A stretch of 64,000 nucleotides of DNA from Eledone cirrhosa (GCA_964016885.1 OZ024745.1:109988001-110052000), one strand, 5' to 3'. Counted from the stretch's first letter, positions 30,734-44,156 are shown. Notes: generated from the sequence alone by a model not told the origin. Made by a program: numbers and translations.

Positions 30734-32078
30734 ATCTCTTTTAAACCGAGCTGAGAAAGAGATTATGGGTAAATATATAAATTGTCATCTTTAAAAAAAA
30801 GTGAAATTTTTTTTGTTCATTTCATGTCTTATAAACAACCAAGCTTTATATTATTTTATTCTTAAAATTAAATGATTGAAAAAGAAAATGTATTTAAAGA
30901 AGAAAATTCCAATATCCAGTACTTTTCTATTCAGAAAATCTTGAAATCGTTAATCATAAACATAAATTCTATTTCAATCCTAACCAAGATTTATCCTCAT
31001 ATCAAGCTCAAACTTTGTCTTAATCCAAATTAAAACTCTAACAAAGCCTTAGAATCAATCCTGAAACCTAATAATAATGCTAAACCTAATAATAATGCTA
31101 AACCTATTAATAAACCTGACTGAAATTCAACAATAATCTATTATTTTGACATTATTTCCATCAATGGTTTTGATCTTGGCTATTTTCTCTATGATTAGTG
31201 TGAGACATGAAGTGTTTAAGTAGTAATCATTCTATATACAAAAGAGTAAAAGTGAATATTAATAAAATAAATTGCTTCACACAGAAAATAAATACATTTT
31301 CACATAACTTGTCTTTCTAAGTTGTTCGTCAATGATGAAAAGTTGAAAAGTTAATAAAGCCAAGAATAAAAATGTGTGTTATATGAGGAAAGAGATCTTC
31401 AACTATTTACCTTTAATTCTCATGCAATGTGCTAAATATTAGCCATACACATTCATTTTACACTTTAGAGGATCATCAAGGGTGATTTTCAGTGTAAATG
31501 GCTGTGTGAAGAGAAAGTGCTCAGTCACAGATATTTGGTGTCAATGCATCAAGGAGAAAGCATTGCTCTCAAGAATAGATATTTGCCATTAGGCATTTTA
31601 TTATGCAGTGCATGCCACACTTGAATGCCTGCAATATTTCACTGAAAGCTGCCTTGGACAGTTTTCTCTTTATATTTGTTACCTTATTGGTTCTTCATGA
31701 ACATCACTTTGACTGAAGTCTATAGAGATTACTCTTCATTTCACTTTTGGTAGGAAATGACACCCTATAAATGTAGTATGGAAAAATTACAGTACAATTC
31801 CAGAAAAATGCTGGTTGCAGGATTAGAATTTTTCCTCAAAATAGTATTAACCACTTGTATTATTTAACTAATTTGTATATATATATTTGCAAGCAAGGAA
31901 AAGTGGACATAAAATGATGATGATGATATATATATATATATATATAGGTATGTATGTATGTGTATATGTATGTATGTATCTATTGACACACACATACATA
32001 TATATATATGAGTGTGTACATATGTATATGTATATATATATATTATACATGCATGCACACATGCATACTTACATATAT

Positions 32079-32146
<68 letters not shown>

Positions 32147-32907
32147 ACATGCATACTTACATGCAAACAAATTCACACATGCATACATACACACATAATC
32201 ACACACATATACTTACCTAATAATGCTGACAAACATTAAATTTTCACAACACATTCTTCTATATCAGCTTTACAAACTGTCTATGGTTGATGAATCTTTT
32301 TTTTTTCTTCTCGACAACTAAAATTTGTTTCAGCTTATGTATTACTGTACAAGTCAATGATAGTCAATGTTATAATTTGTTTATTCCATCAGATGCAACT
32401 CATTTTCCCCAACTGTGCTACAAAATTCAGGTAATTGCATTATTTCAGTCTGACACCAATTACTTTAACTGGTTCTACTAAGTCAAATAGCTCACGGTCA
32501 GGGTTTCAATTTTCTTAAGCCTCTCTTGGGTCCATTTCACTGAGTTAAATCCAATCAACCCTCTCAGCTACCACTTCTTTTTGGTTATGCTTAACTTTTC
32601 AAATGTACACATTTCAAACAAGTGCCTAAGTTTCTTTCAAAAGTAATTCAAGCAACATTACTAAACAGTCATGTTCTTTTCAGACCCTCTTACGACTTAC
32701 AAGTAATAAGAGGTATAAGAAATAATCTATTTTGTGGTTTATTGTTATTTCGTGGTGCGAAACTGGACTTAGAAGAAAATTGGTTCAATAAAAACTTTAC
32801 ACATGTGCTAAATGTGGAAGAAGAAGGTACAAATGAAAACTTCTGGGAAAATATAATACAAAAATAATAAGGTTTCATTAAAATAAGATTATTTCAATTA
32901 GATCATA

Positions 32908-33101
32908 ATAACTGTTTCTACTTTTGGTGCAAGGCCAGCAATTACCCCAGTGCATTACAGGTACTTTATTTTATCGACCCCCGTAAGGATGAAAGGCAAA
33001 GTTAACCTCGTCAGGATTAGAACTCAGAATGGCAAGGGTCGTAACTCTATGCTGGAAAGCATGACATCCGACCCTCTACCGATACTGCCAATCCACCACC
33101 C
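32908..33101 (-). mobile_element. SINE family A
   Basis: Full reverse-complement copy, with a tail fragment at 33123-33180. Confidence 0.85.
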
Positions 33102-33181
33102 TTGATGTTAATAATAATAATTCTTTCTACTTTAGGCAAAAGGCCAACAATTACCCCAGTTTATTACTGGGGCTTTATTCT

Positions 33182-33482
33182 ATAATAATAATAATAATAA
33201 TGAAATTATTGTGTACAGTGCTCAGGTGCACTACAACTCATCAATGGTGCATGTATAGTACATAGAATAATGTACAAATGTCAGGAAAGTGAACGGTGTA
33301 TAAGTCATGATATACATATGTGCCTGTATATAGAGGGATATCAGGTCTAGTGTTGGCGGATTTCAGGAACCATGGGGGTTTTAAAGGATGCAATGTCTCG
33401 GCAGCTAACAACTGATGCAGGTAGTTTGTTCCATACTTCAGCAAATCTGAGTGTGTAAAAATGTTTCTGAAAGTCATGGGAG

Positions 33483-33486
<4 letters not shown>
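33182..33486 (-). mobile_element. CR1-like LINE 3' end
   Basis: HDFQKHFYTLRFAEVWNKLPASVVSCRDIASFK (CR1/L2 C-terminal motif), a 3' UTR and a (TAT)n tail. Confidence 0.75.
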
Positions 33487-33524
<38 letters not shown>

Positions 33525-33764
33525 GATACATACACCTGCAGATGTATGTGTGTGTGTGTACAGATATATACACACCTGACATACAAACATACATACAGTA
33601 ACATAAACATCATTCATGATGATGCTTTGATGTTTTCTTATTTTATGTGTCATATAAACATTGTTTTTCAATTGCACCATTTTTAAAGCAGAGAAAAATA
33701 CAATGATTATGTATTTCTAAAATATGTTAATGTTGTAAGAATTAACTCCAGCCTGGAATTAAAG

Positions 33765-33965
33765 CAGCATTTACATTATTCTATATATACTATTGTATTT
33801 TCGTGTTAAAGGCTTTATCTCACACGATTATCTCATAATATCAAATCTATGAGATTTTGATATTGTTTATTTTGAGAACAATACCTTAACATCAGTATGA
33901 GTAGCCAGTTATAGCCGATTTGAAGAGAAAGAAGTGATAGAAGTGATAGAATTCTGACCAGATAC
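33765..33965. mobile_element. Partial TTAA-MITE copy
   Basis: Shares the body (aaggctttatctc..gagaacaataccttaacatcag) with 15012-15229. Confidence 0.7.
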
Positions 33966-34325
33966 AGTTGAGGGGCGGGGGGGGGGGTTAGCAGGGAGGT
34001 GATTGAAAATCGATAATTTTTCTAGTTTGTCTACCTCGATTATTTTTAAAAACCAAAGTTAGTCATTTAGTTTACATATTTACCCCCAACTCCTAATATT
34101 TATTTTATAACATATTGGATTTCTAGTAATGCTTTTATAATGTATAAAGAAAATTAATTGTTACAGGGATGCTACCACTTGAAATAAAATTTTGCTGGAG
34201 ATAGATTAGCAAAAGTTAATAAGTAGGTGGGGAATAAGAGCAGGGAAATTGGAAAAAAAACTGAAAAATTAATAAGCGAAGAGGAGGGGCATGTACATTC
34301 GAAACCCGAGAGTATATATGTGTAT

Positions 34326-34663
34326 GGAGGCATATGGCTTAGTGGTTAGAGCATTGGACTTGCAATCGAAAGGTTGTGAGTTCAATTCTCAGACTGGGTG
34401 ATGTGTTGTTTCCTTGAGCAAGACACTTTATTTCACATTGCTCTAGTTTACTCAGCTGTAGAAATAAGATAATAGGGACTGGGGTCCCTATCATTCCACT
34501 GCAAAGTGGTCATGTAGGTGCCACGGCAAAAAAAGCACCCAGCACTCACTGTAAATGAGGTTGGTGTTAGGAAGGGCATCCAGCTGTAGAAATCAAGCCA
34601 GTATCAGTTCCCGTCTCACCCTTGCAAGCAGGGAAAAAGCGGACGTAAAATGAAATGATGATG
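34326..34663 (+). mobile_element. SINE family B
   Basis: Full copy. Confidence 0.9.
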
Positions 34664-36224
34664 TATATATATATATATATTGTATACTAACACAGACCAC
34701 ATTCTTATAAAGCAGCATAAATCACATGCATATATATTGTGGAGTAGTATAGATCACATGCATATATTTTGTAGATATACAAGCACAGATTTCTCTCCAT
34801 TACTTGGGGTGATAACTGAGCCATACAGATAATATTGATTTGAATGAGGCTACTGCCAACAGTATATTTCCTCTGTTTAATGTCTCCAGTGTTGCCAAGA
34901 AAGAATCCAATTTTATCTGGCTCAGATGGTTGTAGTAATCTCTATATTTTCTTTGCTTACAATGAAAAATTATTTTGTAAGAGCTTTGGGAATTGTCTTT
35001 GTATAGAAAGAAGTCATATATTTGTCAAGTTAAAATTCACATCATCTGTGTATATGTATGACTTTTTGCTGAAATCGTGCTATTAGTAGTTTTGTACAGT
35101 GCAACACTTAGATGTCTAGCTGAAGCTTCAAGATATACTATAAAGAAAATAAATGAAAACAAACTATTGGGTAAATTAATGCTAATTGTCATTCTCAAGC
35201 TAAAGCAATGAATGGCAATTAAGGAACAAAAGGCCAGGAAATAGCAGTAGAGTTTACTGTTTTGATTTGTATCAACTATGCACAACAAAGCATCAACAGA
35301 AGATGCCTAACTGTACCTAAATGCAGTCATTAAATCCTTAACTATCGCTCATGTTTATCTTAACTACAGGAACTATGAAGAAAGACACTAAAAATAAACA
35401 TCTATTTAATGTCTGTTACCTCCTTCCCATTAAATGTCATCTGTCTTTTTACCATTCACATCTCTCTACACTTCTTTTTTTTGTTCAGATACTTCGGCAT
35501 CACAAATGGCAACTAGCTGTATAACATTGCCTCAAAATGTACCACCCAATTCATGCCAGCATAGAAATGTAGGCATTAAAAATGATGAACTGGCAATGAT
35601 GATATTAGTGTGAGGTGGATACAATGAAAACAAAATCCTGAAGATCATAATTTTCTAAATTAATAGTCCCTCTCCACTTTAGAGCATTCATACACACAGA
35701 CATATATATGTATGTATAGTTAAGAAGTTTGCTTCACTACTACATGATTCTGGGCTTGATCACACTCTGTAATACCTTGTGTCTTCTATTATATAGTCTC
35801 AGGCCAACCAATGCTTTTTAAGTGAACTCAGTAGGAGAAAACTACAAGGAATCCTGTCATAATATATAATACATACATATATTTGTGTCTGTGCATGTGT
35901 GAAGTTGCATGCACCCACATACTGAAAGCAAGTAGTGACATTTTCTCATGTCCCTCATAAAAACACAACCCATAGCCCAGTGGTTCGACAAATATCAATG
36001 ATGTGTATTGTACTTTAAAAAAACATAGATTGGTATTAGCAAAAACATCCTGCTGTCAAAAAACTGCCTCAAAAGGTTTTATCAAGTCCAAAACAGCACA
36101 GAAAAGTTGATGCAAAGACAATGATGGTTATATATATATGTAAACTTTTACATTTATACTACATTTCAATCTGTTTGATCACTAATCCTCATTAGGTACT
36201 GTGTTCCTGAATGTGTACAAAGTA

Positions 36225-37138
36225 CAGGGTGGTCCGAAAGTGTTGTCACCGCCTACCAAAAAGTATATGTTCCCATCACAGTATCGTCTTCTTTGGAGGA
36301 GCTGGTTTGCCAAATCTTGCAGTGAAGTCATGTCGCACATCCTCCATGCTCTTGCCAGAATGCACACGATCATGTGTCCATACACTTGCAAGCAGCCTTT
36401 CTTCCAAAATGTAGGAGCTCGTGTCAGCCATCTGAAACAGAAAATTATATTATTATTACTAGCAGTGGTACCCGGCGTTGCACGGGATAAGATATTTTGG
36501 AACACGGGCCACCAACAGACCTAATCGTGGAAAAACTGCATGCCTGGACAATATGTAAAGAAAATAAACCGCAAAAAGCCCTAAAAAGCTGAAAAAATGA
36601 AGTTTTTCACCTAATGCGGGACCTAGGCCATAAAAAAATTGGATTTACTTTGCTCATGGTATGAAGAAGAGACTGACTAATACATAGTTACAATTTCAAG
36701 GAAATCGGTCTGACGTAACTTCTCAAAAAGACCCTAAAAAGCTGAAAAAACACAGTTTTTCACCTAATGCGGGCCCTAGGGGATCAAGAAAATGAATTTT
36801 TTTAATGTACATAATATGCCTTGAAATTTCGGGAAAATCCGCTAGACGTAACGCATCGAAAAAGCCCTAAAAAGCTGAAAAAGCGCAGTTTTTCACCTAA
36901 TGCAGGCCCTGGGCATCAACAATTTTTTTATGTGCATAACACTCCCTGAAAAATAAGTAATACACATGTAAAGTTTGAAAAAAATCGGTTGGGTACTTCT
37001 CGAGTTTTAGGGATTCAAACTCACAGACACACAGACACACACACAGGCAGACATCCTCAGTTTTATATATATAGATTATTAAAACAAAAAATTAAAACAA
37101 TATGTGACAAAGGGTGACAAGACTTTTGGACCACCCTG
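36225..37138 (-). mobile_element. Non-autonomous Tc1/mariner-superfamily element (DUF4817-type N-terminus, DD41D/rosa-like), interrupted by a Helitron
   Basis: TA-flanked TIRs cagggtggtccgaaagtgttgtcacc / ggtgacaagacttttggaccaccctg. From ATG 36431: MADTSSYILEERLLASVWTHDRVHSGKSMEDVRHDFTARFGKPAPPKKTIL*WEHILF. Confidence 0.8.
36459..37075 (-). mobile_element. Non-autonomous Helitron
   Basis: 5' TC(tatatatataaaactgag), 3' hairpin cccgtgcaacgccggg plus CTAG, inserted between A and T. It has three internal subrepeats. Confidence 0.9.
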
Positions 37139-37321
37139 TACATGATGCAATTCAAAGACATTTGTGTCTTGGTCATTATGAATATTATTACTCATTGTTT
37201 AGAAATAATTGTTTTAATATTTGGCACATGTCAAGCAATTTGAAGGGGAAAGTCAATTAAAAGGACCCCAGTGTATTACTGGTACTACTGATACTGCCAA
37301 TCCATTGCCCTTTGCTTAGAA

Positions 37322-37514
37322 ATAATTGTTTCTACTTTTGGCACAAGGCCAGCAATTATCCCAGTGCATTACTGGTGCTTTATTTTATCTACCCCATAAA
37401 GATGAAAGGCAAAGTTAACCTTGGCAGGATTTGAACTCAGAATGTAATGGACCATAACTCTATGCTGCAAACCATGGTGTCTGACACTTTACCAATACTG
37501 CCAATCCACCACCC
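37322..37514 (-). mobile_element. SINE family A
   Basis: Full copy, with a deleted copy at 37205-37311. Confidence 0.8.
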
Positions 37515-37780
37515 AGGCTGCAAGTTTTGATCCAATATAGTACTAGGTACACATCTAGGAATATGACATCTAATGATAATCAAAGATGAAACTTATCAAA
37601 ACATAGGGTAGATGTAAATATTGTAAACATTCTCTGTAAATATGAGATTTGTAATAAAAAAAATGATAATCATATTTGTAATAATTAATCTCTGAAATTT
37701 ACATATCTAATTAGATGCAACTAGCTTCCAATATAATTAGTATTCCTCAAGATACGACGTACATGACGACCTACATGACA

Positions 37781-38329
37781 TAAGTAATACACATGTAAAG
37801 TTTGAAAAAAATTGGTTGGGTACTTCTCGAATTTTAGGGATTCAAACTCACAGACACACACAGACATTCTCAGTTTTATAGGCCAGCAATTACCCAGTAC
37901 ATTACTGGTACTTTATTTTATCGACCCCGTGAGGATGAAAGGCAAAGTTAACCTCGGCGGTATTTGAACTCAGACCGTAAAGGGACGTAACTCCATGCTA
38001 TGAAGCATGGTGTCCGACTCTCTACAGATTCTGCCAATCTACCGCCCTAATGTCTGTACGTAATGAGTGAGTGAGAGGGGAGAGAAAGAAAGGCAGAGGT
38101 GAAGTGACAAAGTGACTCTCTCCTCCTCCTCCTCCATCTCCCCATTCGTCACAGCGATAGAGGGGAGGAATGTTAGTGTGTTACAAAGAGAAAGAGTGAG
38201 AGTGAGAGAAACAGACAGACTAAAAGAGAGGGATAGCTGGAGAGAGAGAGAGATAGCAACCACGCGCGCACGTGTTTCCACTGTCGGACAGACAGACAGA
38301 GAAATTGCTGGTTATATATTATAAGGAGA
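37781..38329 (-). mobile_element. Two Helitron 5'-end fragments (37781-37880 and ~38048-38329) separated by a SINE
   Basis: 37781-37880 matches 36953-37068. Position 38329 starts TCtccttataatatataacc followed by (ctgt)n. Confidence 0.6.
37880..38047 (-). mobile_element. SINE family A
   Basis: 3'-clipped copy between the Helitron fragments. Confidence 0.85.
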
Positions 38330-38929
38330 TTGGCAGGTCATAAGTCATGGAATACTTGTATTATAGTTTATTACTGTAATGTTAGTATGGAAAGATGTGT
38401 GGTCAATAGGAGGTTGAACCAATAGAGGTATAGATAGATGCTAAATGAAATGATGAGGATATTGATGTCGATGTTGATCACACAGTCATATGAGAAATAA
38501 TCCCCTTCATCATTGTCATCATCATCACTTTCAGCAACCAATGACATGACAAAGTATTAATGTGAACCAATGAAAGAGTTTCTGAGTACTTGTTTGACCT
38601 ATGAGAAATAATAATCAAATCTGTTTCAAAACTCATCCTACCATTTAAAAAAAACCAAAGCAAATAAAAGACATATTGGATAATATAGTCTGAGATAAAC
38701 TGTTTGAAAAGACTGGATCTTTGATCAAAGTTGACCTGGTGCTAAACAATGACATCTATCACTGATGCCATTGTTATCATCATCATCATCTTCATAAAAA
38801 TGATATGGTGATTATGATGATGTGTTATGAGTGACTAATGTCAATTTACAGTAAAAATATATTTGTGAAACATACTAAGAAGTAAGTGTCAGTTTAAATA
38901 ATCTTTGTTATAGCATATTTCCACTTTTA

Positions 38930-39111
38930 TTGGCAGTATCGGTAGAGGGTCGGACGCCATGCTTTGACGCATAGAGTTACGGCCCTTGCCATTCTGAGTT
39001 CAAATCCCGCCGAGGTTAACTTTGCCTTTCATCCTTACGGGGTCGATAAAATAAAGTACCAGTAATGTACTGGGTAATTTCTGGCCTTGTGCCAATAGTA
39101 GAAACAATTAT
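38930..39111 (+). mobile_element. SINE family A
   Basis: Near-consensus copy. Confidence 0.85.
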
Positions 39112-40453
39112 TCATTTGCATAAAGTAAATACAAGAATATTTCAGTAATCTCAGTTTATTGAAATAAAAATATGCATAAGATTATCATGACAGCTCTGAG
39201 AGATTTTTAAGATTAACCTTTTACCGAAAAAATAAAAATAAATAAACTATAGTGATAAAGAGTAAATCGTCATGAAAAAGACAGAGGCAAAAAATTCTTC
39301 TCTACTGTTTAAAAAAAGATTTTAAAAGAACTAATTATATGCTCAACAAAAATGTTAATAAATAAAAGAGAATAACTCTCTATTAAAAAACAATTCTTTT
39401 CTATTTCAGTAAAGTTTCTTGAGTTCTTTTTTTACACAAAAAGATCACAAAAAATGGTAAATAAATAAATGAATACATAAATAAATATGATACTAACTTT
39501 TTTTAAAAGTGGTAATATAGTTTATAAATAAAATACTTTCTTAAATGTTTGTTAATAATATTCTTTGGAATATCTACTGTCTTAGAAATGTTAGAACTTA
39601 TTGAAGGATATCCTTAAAAAGAAATTACAATGGTATTTGTCTATGAATAAAAAGTATAAGAAAAAAAAGAAACACAATTAATGTATCACTAGCTTCCTTG
39701 AATTCTACTGTTTTACTACAGTGGTTGTTGTTAAAAAGGGCATTCTGCTGTAAATACTATGCCAAACACATAGTTAAGAAGACTATTTAGTTGTGTCTAG
39801 CACATGACAGTCTCACTAGTGTTGGTGCCATTATGAAATGCACTCAGTACACTCTATAAAGAGGTTGGGGGTAGGAAAGACATCCAGCTGTAGAAGCCAT
39901 GTCAAAAACCAAAATATATGTAAGCAAAATGCTGATGCTCAACCCAACTGACAGAACAGTGGCTCTGATTAAAATACTGACTTTATATACTATGATCCAT
40001 CCAACCCATGCCAGCATGGAAAAAGGAACATATGATGATGATGATGAGGATGATAGTGGTGGTGATGATGATGATGATGGTCATGATAGTGGTGGTGGTG
40101 GTGTGGTGGTGGTGGTGATGATTATGATGATGGTGATGGTAGGAGTGATGATGATAGTGGTGATGATGATGAAGTATGTTTTCTACTAATGTTTTGTGGA
40201 TTAATTCTTTGAACAACTTATTACGTGACTGAAATACATGTTCTTTAATTTGACTGTGTATGATGATCAAATGGAGACAATGTAGAGAATGTGCATTTGT
40301 CTTGATGAGAACATGACCAACTCTAATGTATGGGTGTCATGATAAAATGTGAGGAGTGCTCACTGTAAAGTGGTTGGTGTTGGAAACAATGCTAACAATG
40401 GAATGTACAAGTGAGACATGGTCCTTTCACACAGCTTCAACAATCCACCAAAC

Positions 40454-40737
40454 CTATCTAAAGTCTTTCTCAAGCCAGAAGGTTCATTAAGGCCAGTGCT
40501 TATCCCAGTTTCATGCTGTCAAACGACTGAGAGTACTAGACTCCCCACTGGACTAGACACCAGTCCATTGCAGGGTTAAACCCCAGCTCTTGCTGGTACT
40601 CATTTTCAGCTGAGTATACTGGAGCAACGAGAAATGAAGTGAATTGCTCAAGAACACAACATGCAACCCAGCCCAGGAATCAAAACCACGACATTATGAT
40701 CATAAGTCTAACACACTTACCCCAAGGCCACGTGCCT
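40454..40737 (-). mobile_element. CORE-like SINE with a different 3' tail
   Basis: Minus strand: ggcacgtggccttggggtaag..ggttttgattcc..gttcttgagcaattcacttcatttctcgttgctccagtatactcagctgaaaatgagt. Confidence 0.7.
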
Positions 40738-41428
40738 TTACTACCAAACCCATACTAACATGAAAAGTGGATGTAAAATGATGATGATTGGCATGGAAGT
40801 AAAACTTTAAAAAATTAATACTGACAAGGCCAGATATTTTGGTGCAGAGAAACGTGTATTGTATCAATCCCAGTCTTTGGTACTTTAATTTATCAACCTT
40901 GAAAGAATGGAAGGCAAAGTTGAATTCAGCATTTTGTCCCAAACACTCTTAGAATTTTGCTAATTTATCATCATCATCTCATCATCATTTTTACACCTAC
41001 TTTTCCCATGTTGGTATTGGTTGGTGGGGACGTTTTTAGACAATGTTTTACAGCTAGATGCTGTTTCTGATATCAACCCTTTTAGTCACCTCTTATAACA
41101 TGCAGGGATAGAGTATCTATACTAAAAATCTGGATACATACAGTAGAAAGTTAATAACCTAAGACAGAAGATGCAGCATCAAAATATTTGCTAAATATCC
41201 AATAAATAATATTTAGTGTTTGAAAGATTACAATCTGTCTATGAGGAATGAGATTGTATTCCATGCAGAGAAAGTAAAGAGATGAAAGACTACATTTGTA
41301 GATAAAGAAACCATACAACAAAGACTATAAGACTATATTCTTAGATTAGTGTATTACATCAGTACATAGAGCAAACAGATGTGGGTTATGTAACCCATTC
41401 AAGAAAGCAATCCATCTATATTCTTTCC

Positions 41429-41656
41429 TTAACCCTTTAACATTTACCTTACTTTACATTTACTATTGTATTTTCATGGTAGAGGCTTTATCTCACATAA
41501 TTATCACATTAATATTGAAGCTATGAGGTTTTGATATTTATTTTGAGAACAATACCTTAATATCGATATGAGTTGCCAGTTATGGCAGCCGGTTTGAACA
41601 GAAAGAGGTGAGAGAATTCTGGCCTGATACAGCCGGTATAAATGCTAAAGGATTAA
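41429..41656. mobile_element. TTAA-flanked MITE (same family)
   Basis: ttaaccctttaacattt ... aatgctaaaggattaa. Confidence 0.8.
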
Positions 41657-41986
41657 ACCTCATAAAAGCTAACCTGAACATGGTTATTTGGAAGCACAAA
41701 CAAATGCAGCAACAGACTTAATGAAAACATGTTTTGATATATATCATTATCAACACTGTTTAACATAGGTTAGTCGGGTTGTCTAGTTATTAGACCAGAC
41801 AAGTTAGATAAACATATCTTGCTCATATGATCTGATTTAGATTTAGTTTTCTATAGGTGGTTACCCTTTCTTAAATCAACCCCATTACTGCATAGATTGG
41901 AATTTTTTTTTATTTGTGACACCAATCATCATTGTCATTTTATATATATATATATGTGTGTGTATATATATATAGGTGTATATATA

Positions 41987-42381
41987 CGAGGGCAATTCCA
42001 AAAGTAAAGTCTCCTTCCGATATTGCAACTTTTCCGTTAAAATCCTGTGGATGGTGCTTCGGGAAACCTCAGGAACCAAAATGCAGAGAGCATCCAGAGT
42101 GATCCGCCGATCTTTACGCATGTTTTCCTCGGAAGGAGACCTTACTTTTGTGAGTGCCCTCTATATAATAACTGCGCGAAATTCGCTCTTGGCGGTAACA
42201 TTCAACGGGGGCTCCATTCTCAACGGCTGCCAAGCCAAGATTGAGCATCCCAGCGAAGCGCGCGCATGCTTGTTTGGGAGTGAAGGAAGCACCAATCACA
42301 ACAGTGTTGCCAACAGCCGTATGAACAGTTTTTCTCTGTGTCCCCATCGCTTCGGAGACCTTCCTTTTGAGATTACCTTCG
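41987..42381 (-). mobile_element. Internally deleted mariner element with three TIR copies
   Basis: TA-flanked TIRs cgagggcaattccaaaagtaaagtctcc / ggagaccttccttttgagattaccttcg, with an extra TIR at ~42136-42162. Coding remnants MEPPLNVTAKSEFRAVI and MRKDRRITLDALCILVPEVSRSTIHRILTEKLQYRK (mariner HTH). Confidence 0.85.
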
Positions 42382-42530
42382 TATATATATATATAAATAT
42401 ATGTGTGTATATATATATGTGTGTGTGTGTATATATATATATGTGCGTATGTGTGTGTGTGTATATATATATATATAGTGAACTAAGATAACAAGGACGA
42501 TTGGTTACTCCTTCATTACGTTTATTGGTT

Positions 42531-42616
42531 GGTGACGTGCGTTTCGCCACTGTATCAGCTCAAGGTTCGATCTGTATCGATCTATCCCAACTCTGTAATC
42601 CGCGGCTCATCAGACC
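42531..42616 (-). ncRNA. Minimal type I hammerhead ribozyme (canonical CUGAUGA core, GUC site) in a short pLTR-like island
   Basis: Minus strand: ggu-CUGAUGA-gccgc..long imperfect hairpin..guggc-GAAA-cgcacg-UC^acc, then AATAAA. Stem I ggu/acc; stem III ACG-ca-CGU. The island (~42478-42632) is flanked by (TA)n on both sides. Confidence 0.85.
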
Positions 42617-42698
42617 CCTTGTAATGTTAATGGAAAAAAAAATATATATATACATATATACATACATATATATACATATATATATATATATACATATA

Positions 42699-42730
<32 letters not shown>

Positions 42731-42753
42731 CATATATACATATATATACATAT

Positions 42754-43180
42754 AGAATGAAACGAAATTTCATTTCTCACTCTTAGTACGGCACTTACTT
42801 AAATGTAAGTATGTATGTATACGTACATACATATATGTATACAGACGTACAGTAGCATGTATATATATACATACATGCACACATATATACATGCACGTAT
42901 CGGTTTACTGTGTCAGTGTTGAACAAAAAGGTGACGTGGTTGCCTAAACACTGTACGGCGTAATTCGGTTTGTTTGTTTGTTTACAAACAAACAAACCGA
43001 GCATTATAATAAATGTTCGGTAAACCGATACGTGCATATATATATATATATGTGTGCATGTATGTATATATATACATACTACTGTATGTCTGTATACATA
43101 TATGTATGTACGTATACATACATACTTACATTTAAGTAAGTGCCGTACTAAATGAGAGAAATGAAATTTCGTTTCTTTCT
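42754..43180. repeat. Fold-back (inverted) pLTR pair with ~155 bp arms
   Basis: 42754-42908 is the reverse complement of ~43020-43180. Same family as 49643-50412. Confidence 0.85.
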
Positions 43181-43355
43181 ATATGTATATATATGTATAT
43201 ATGTATATATATATATGTATATATGTATATATATATATATATGTATATATACCTACATATATATACATGTATATATATGTATATATATATGTATATATGT
43301 ATATATATATATATGTATATATATATATGTATATATACATACATATATATACATG

Positions 43356-43387
<32 letters not shown>

Positions 43388-43547
43388 CATATATATATGT
43401 ATGTATACATATATATATATATACATATATATATACATAAATATATATATATACATATATACATATAAATATATATATATACATATATACATATAAATAT
43501 ATATATATACATATATATATATATACATATATATATATACATTAAAA

Positions 43548-43846
43548 ATCAATCTGTGAACGCAGAAGTAAATATTTCGAAAAAAGTTGCAACCGAAGGA
43601 AAACAGGAAGACGATACTTTGGTTCATGGAGACGTTCCCTGGCAAGGAACGGAAAAGAACGAAGATAATACGTCATTATCTGGAGCGATTGGGAACAATT
43701 ACATGCAAAGACAAAACCACATTTATGGTATAAAAGAAGTCGTAGACTAAAATTCTATTTCAGAAACCAAATGATTCTCGGCTTCAGAGTTAAGATTAAT
43801 GTAAATAAATTACAGAGGTTATTTACTTCTGCGTTCACAGATTGAT
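43548..43846. repeat. 27-bp perfect inverted repeat enclosing ~245 bp
   Basis: atcaatctgtgaacgcagaagtaaata / tatttacttctgcgttcacagattgat. Confidence 0.85.
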
Positions 43847-43853
43847 ATTTTTT

Positions 43854-43904
43854 AGTTTCAGAAGATCCCGTTGAGGGTGAAAGCAACGATTCTTTGCTTA
43901 AACT
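43854..43904 (+). ncRNA. Hammerhead ribozyme variant (CAGAAGA core, CUU site)
   Basis: aguuu-CAGAAGA-uccc guuga gggu-GAAA-gcaa cgauucu uugc-UU^aaacu. Stem I is 5 bp perfect and stem III is 5 bp. The downstream sequence recurs at 2843-2968. Confidence 0.7.
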
Positions 43905-44010
43905 TTAATCTGTTATTTTAATAAATATTTGCTCTAGGGTTCTTATATATTTGATATATATTTATCCCTCTTTGGATTTTAGTCTTCAAATTTATTATTA
44001 TTATTATTAC

Positions 44011-44038
44011 TATATATATGTATATATATATATATGTA

Positions 44039-44091
<53 letters not shown>

Positions 44092-44098
44092 ATATATG

Positions 44099-44133
<35 letters not shown>

Positions 44134-44156
44134 GTATATATATATAGATATATATG

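Noticed and set aside
30975-31120. Telomere-like (TAACCC) remnants
   Set aside because: Too degenerate; only an 18-bp tandem repeat (aaacctaataataatgct, ~2.5 copies) is clear.
36570-36915. Repeats with spacers resembling a CRISPR array
   Set aside because: They are internal subrepeats of a Helitron in eukaryotic DNA, with irregular spacing and no cas genes.
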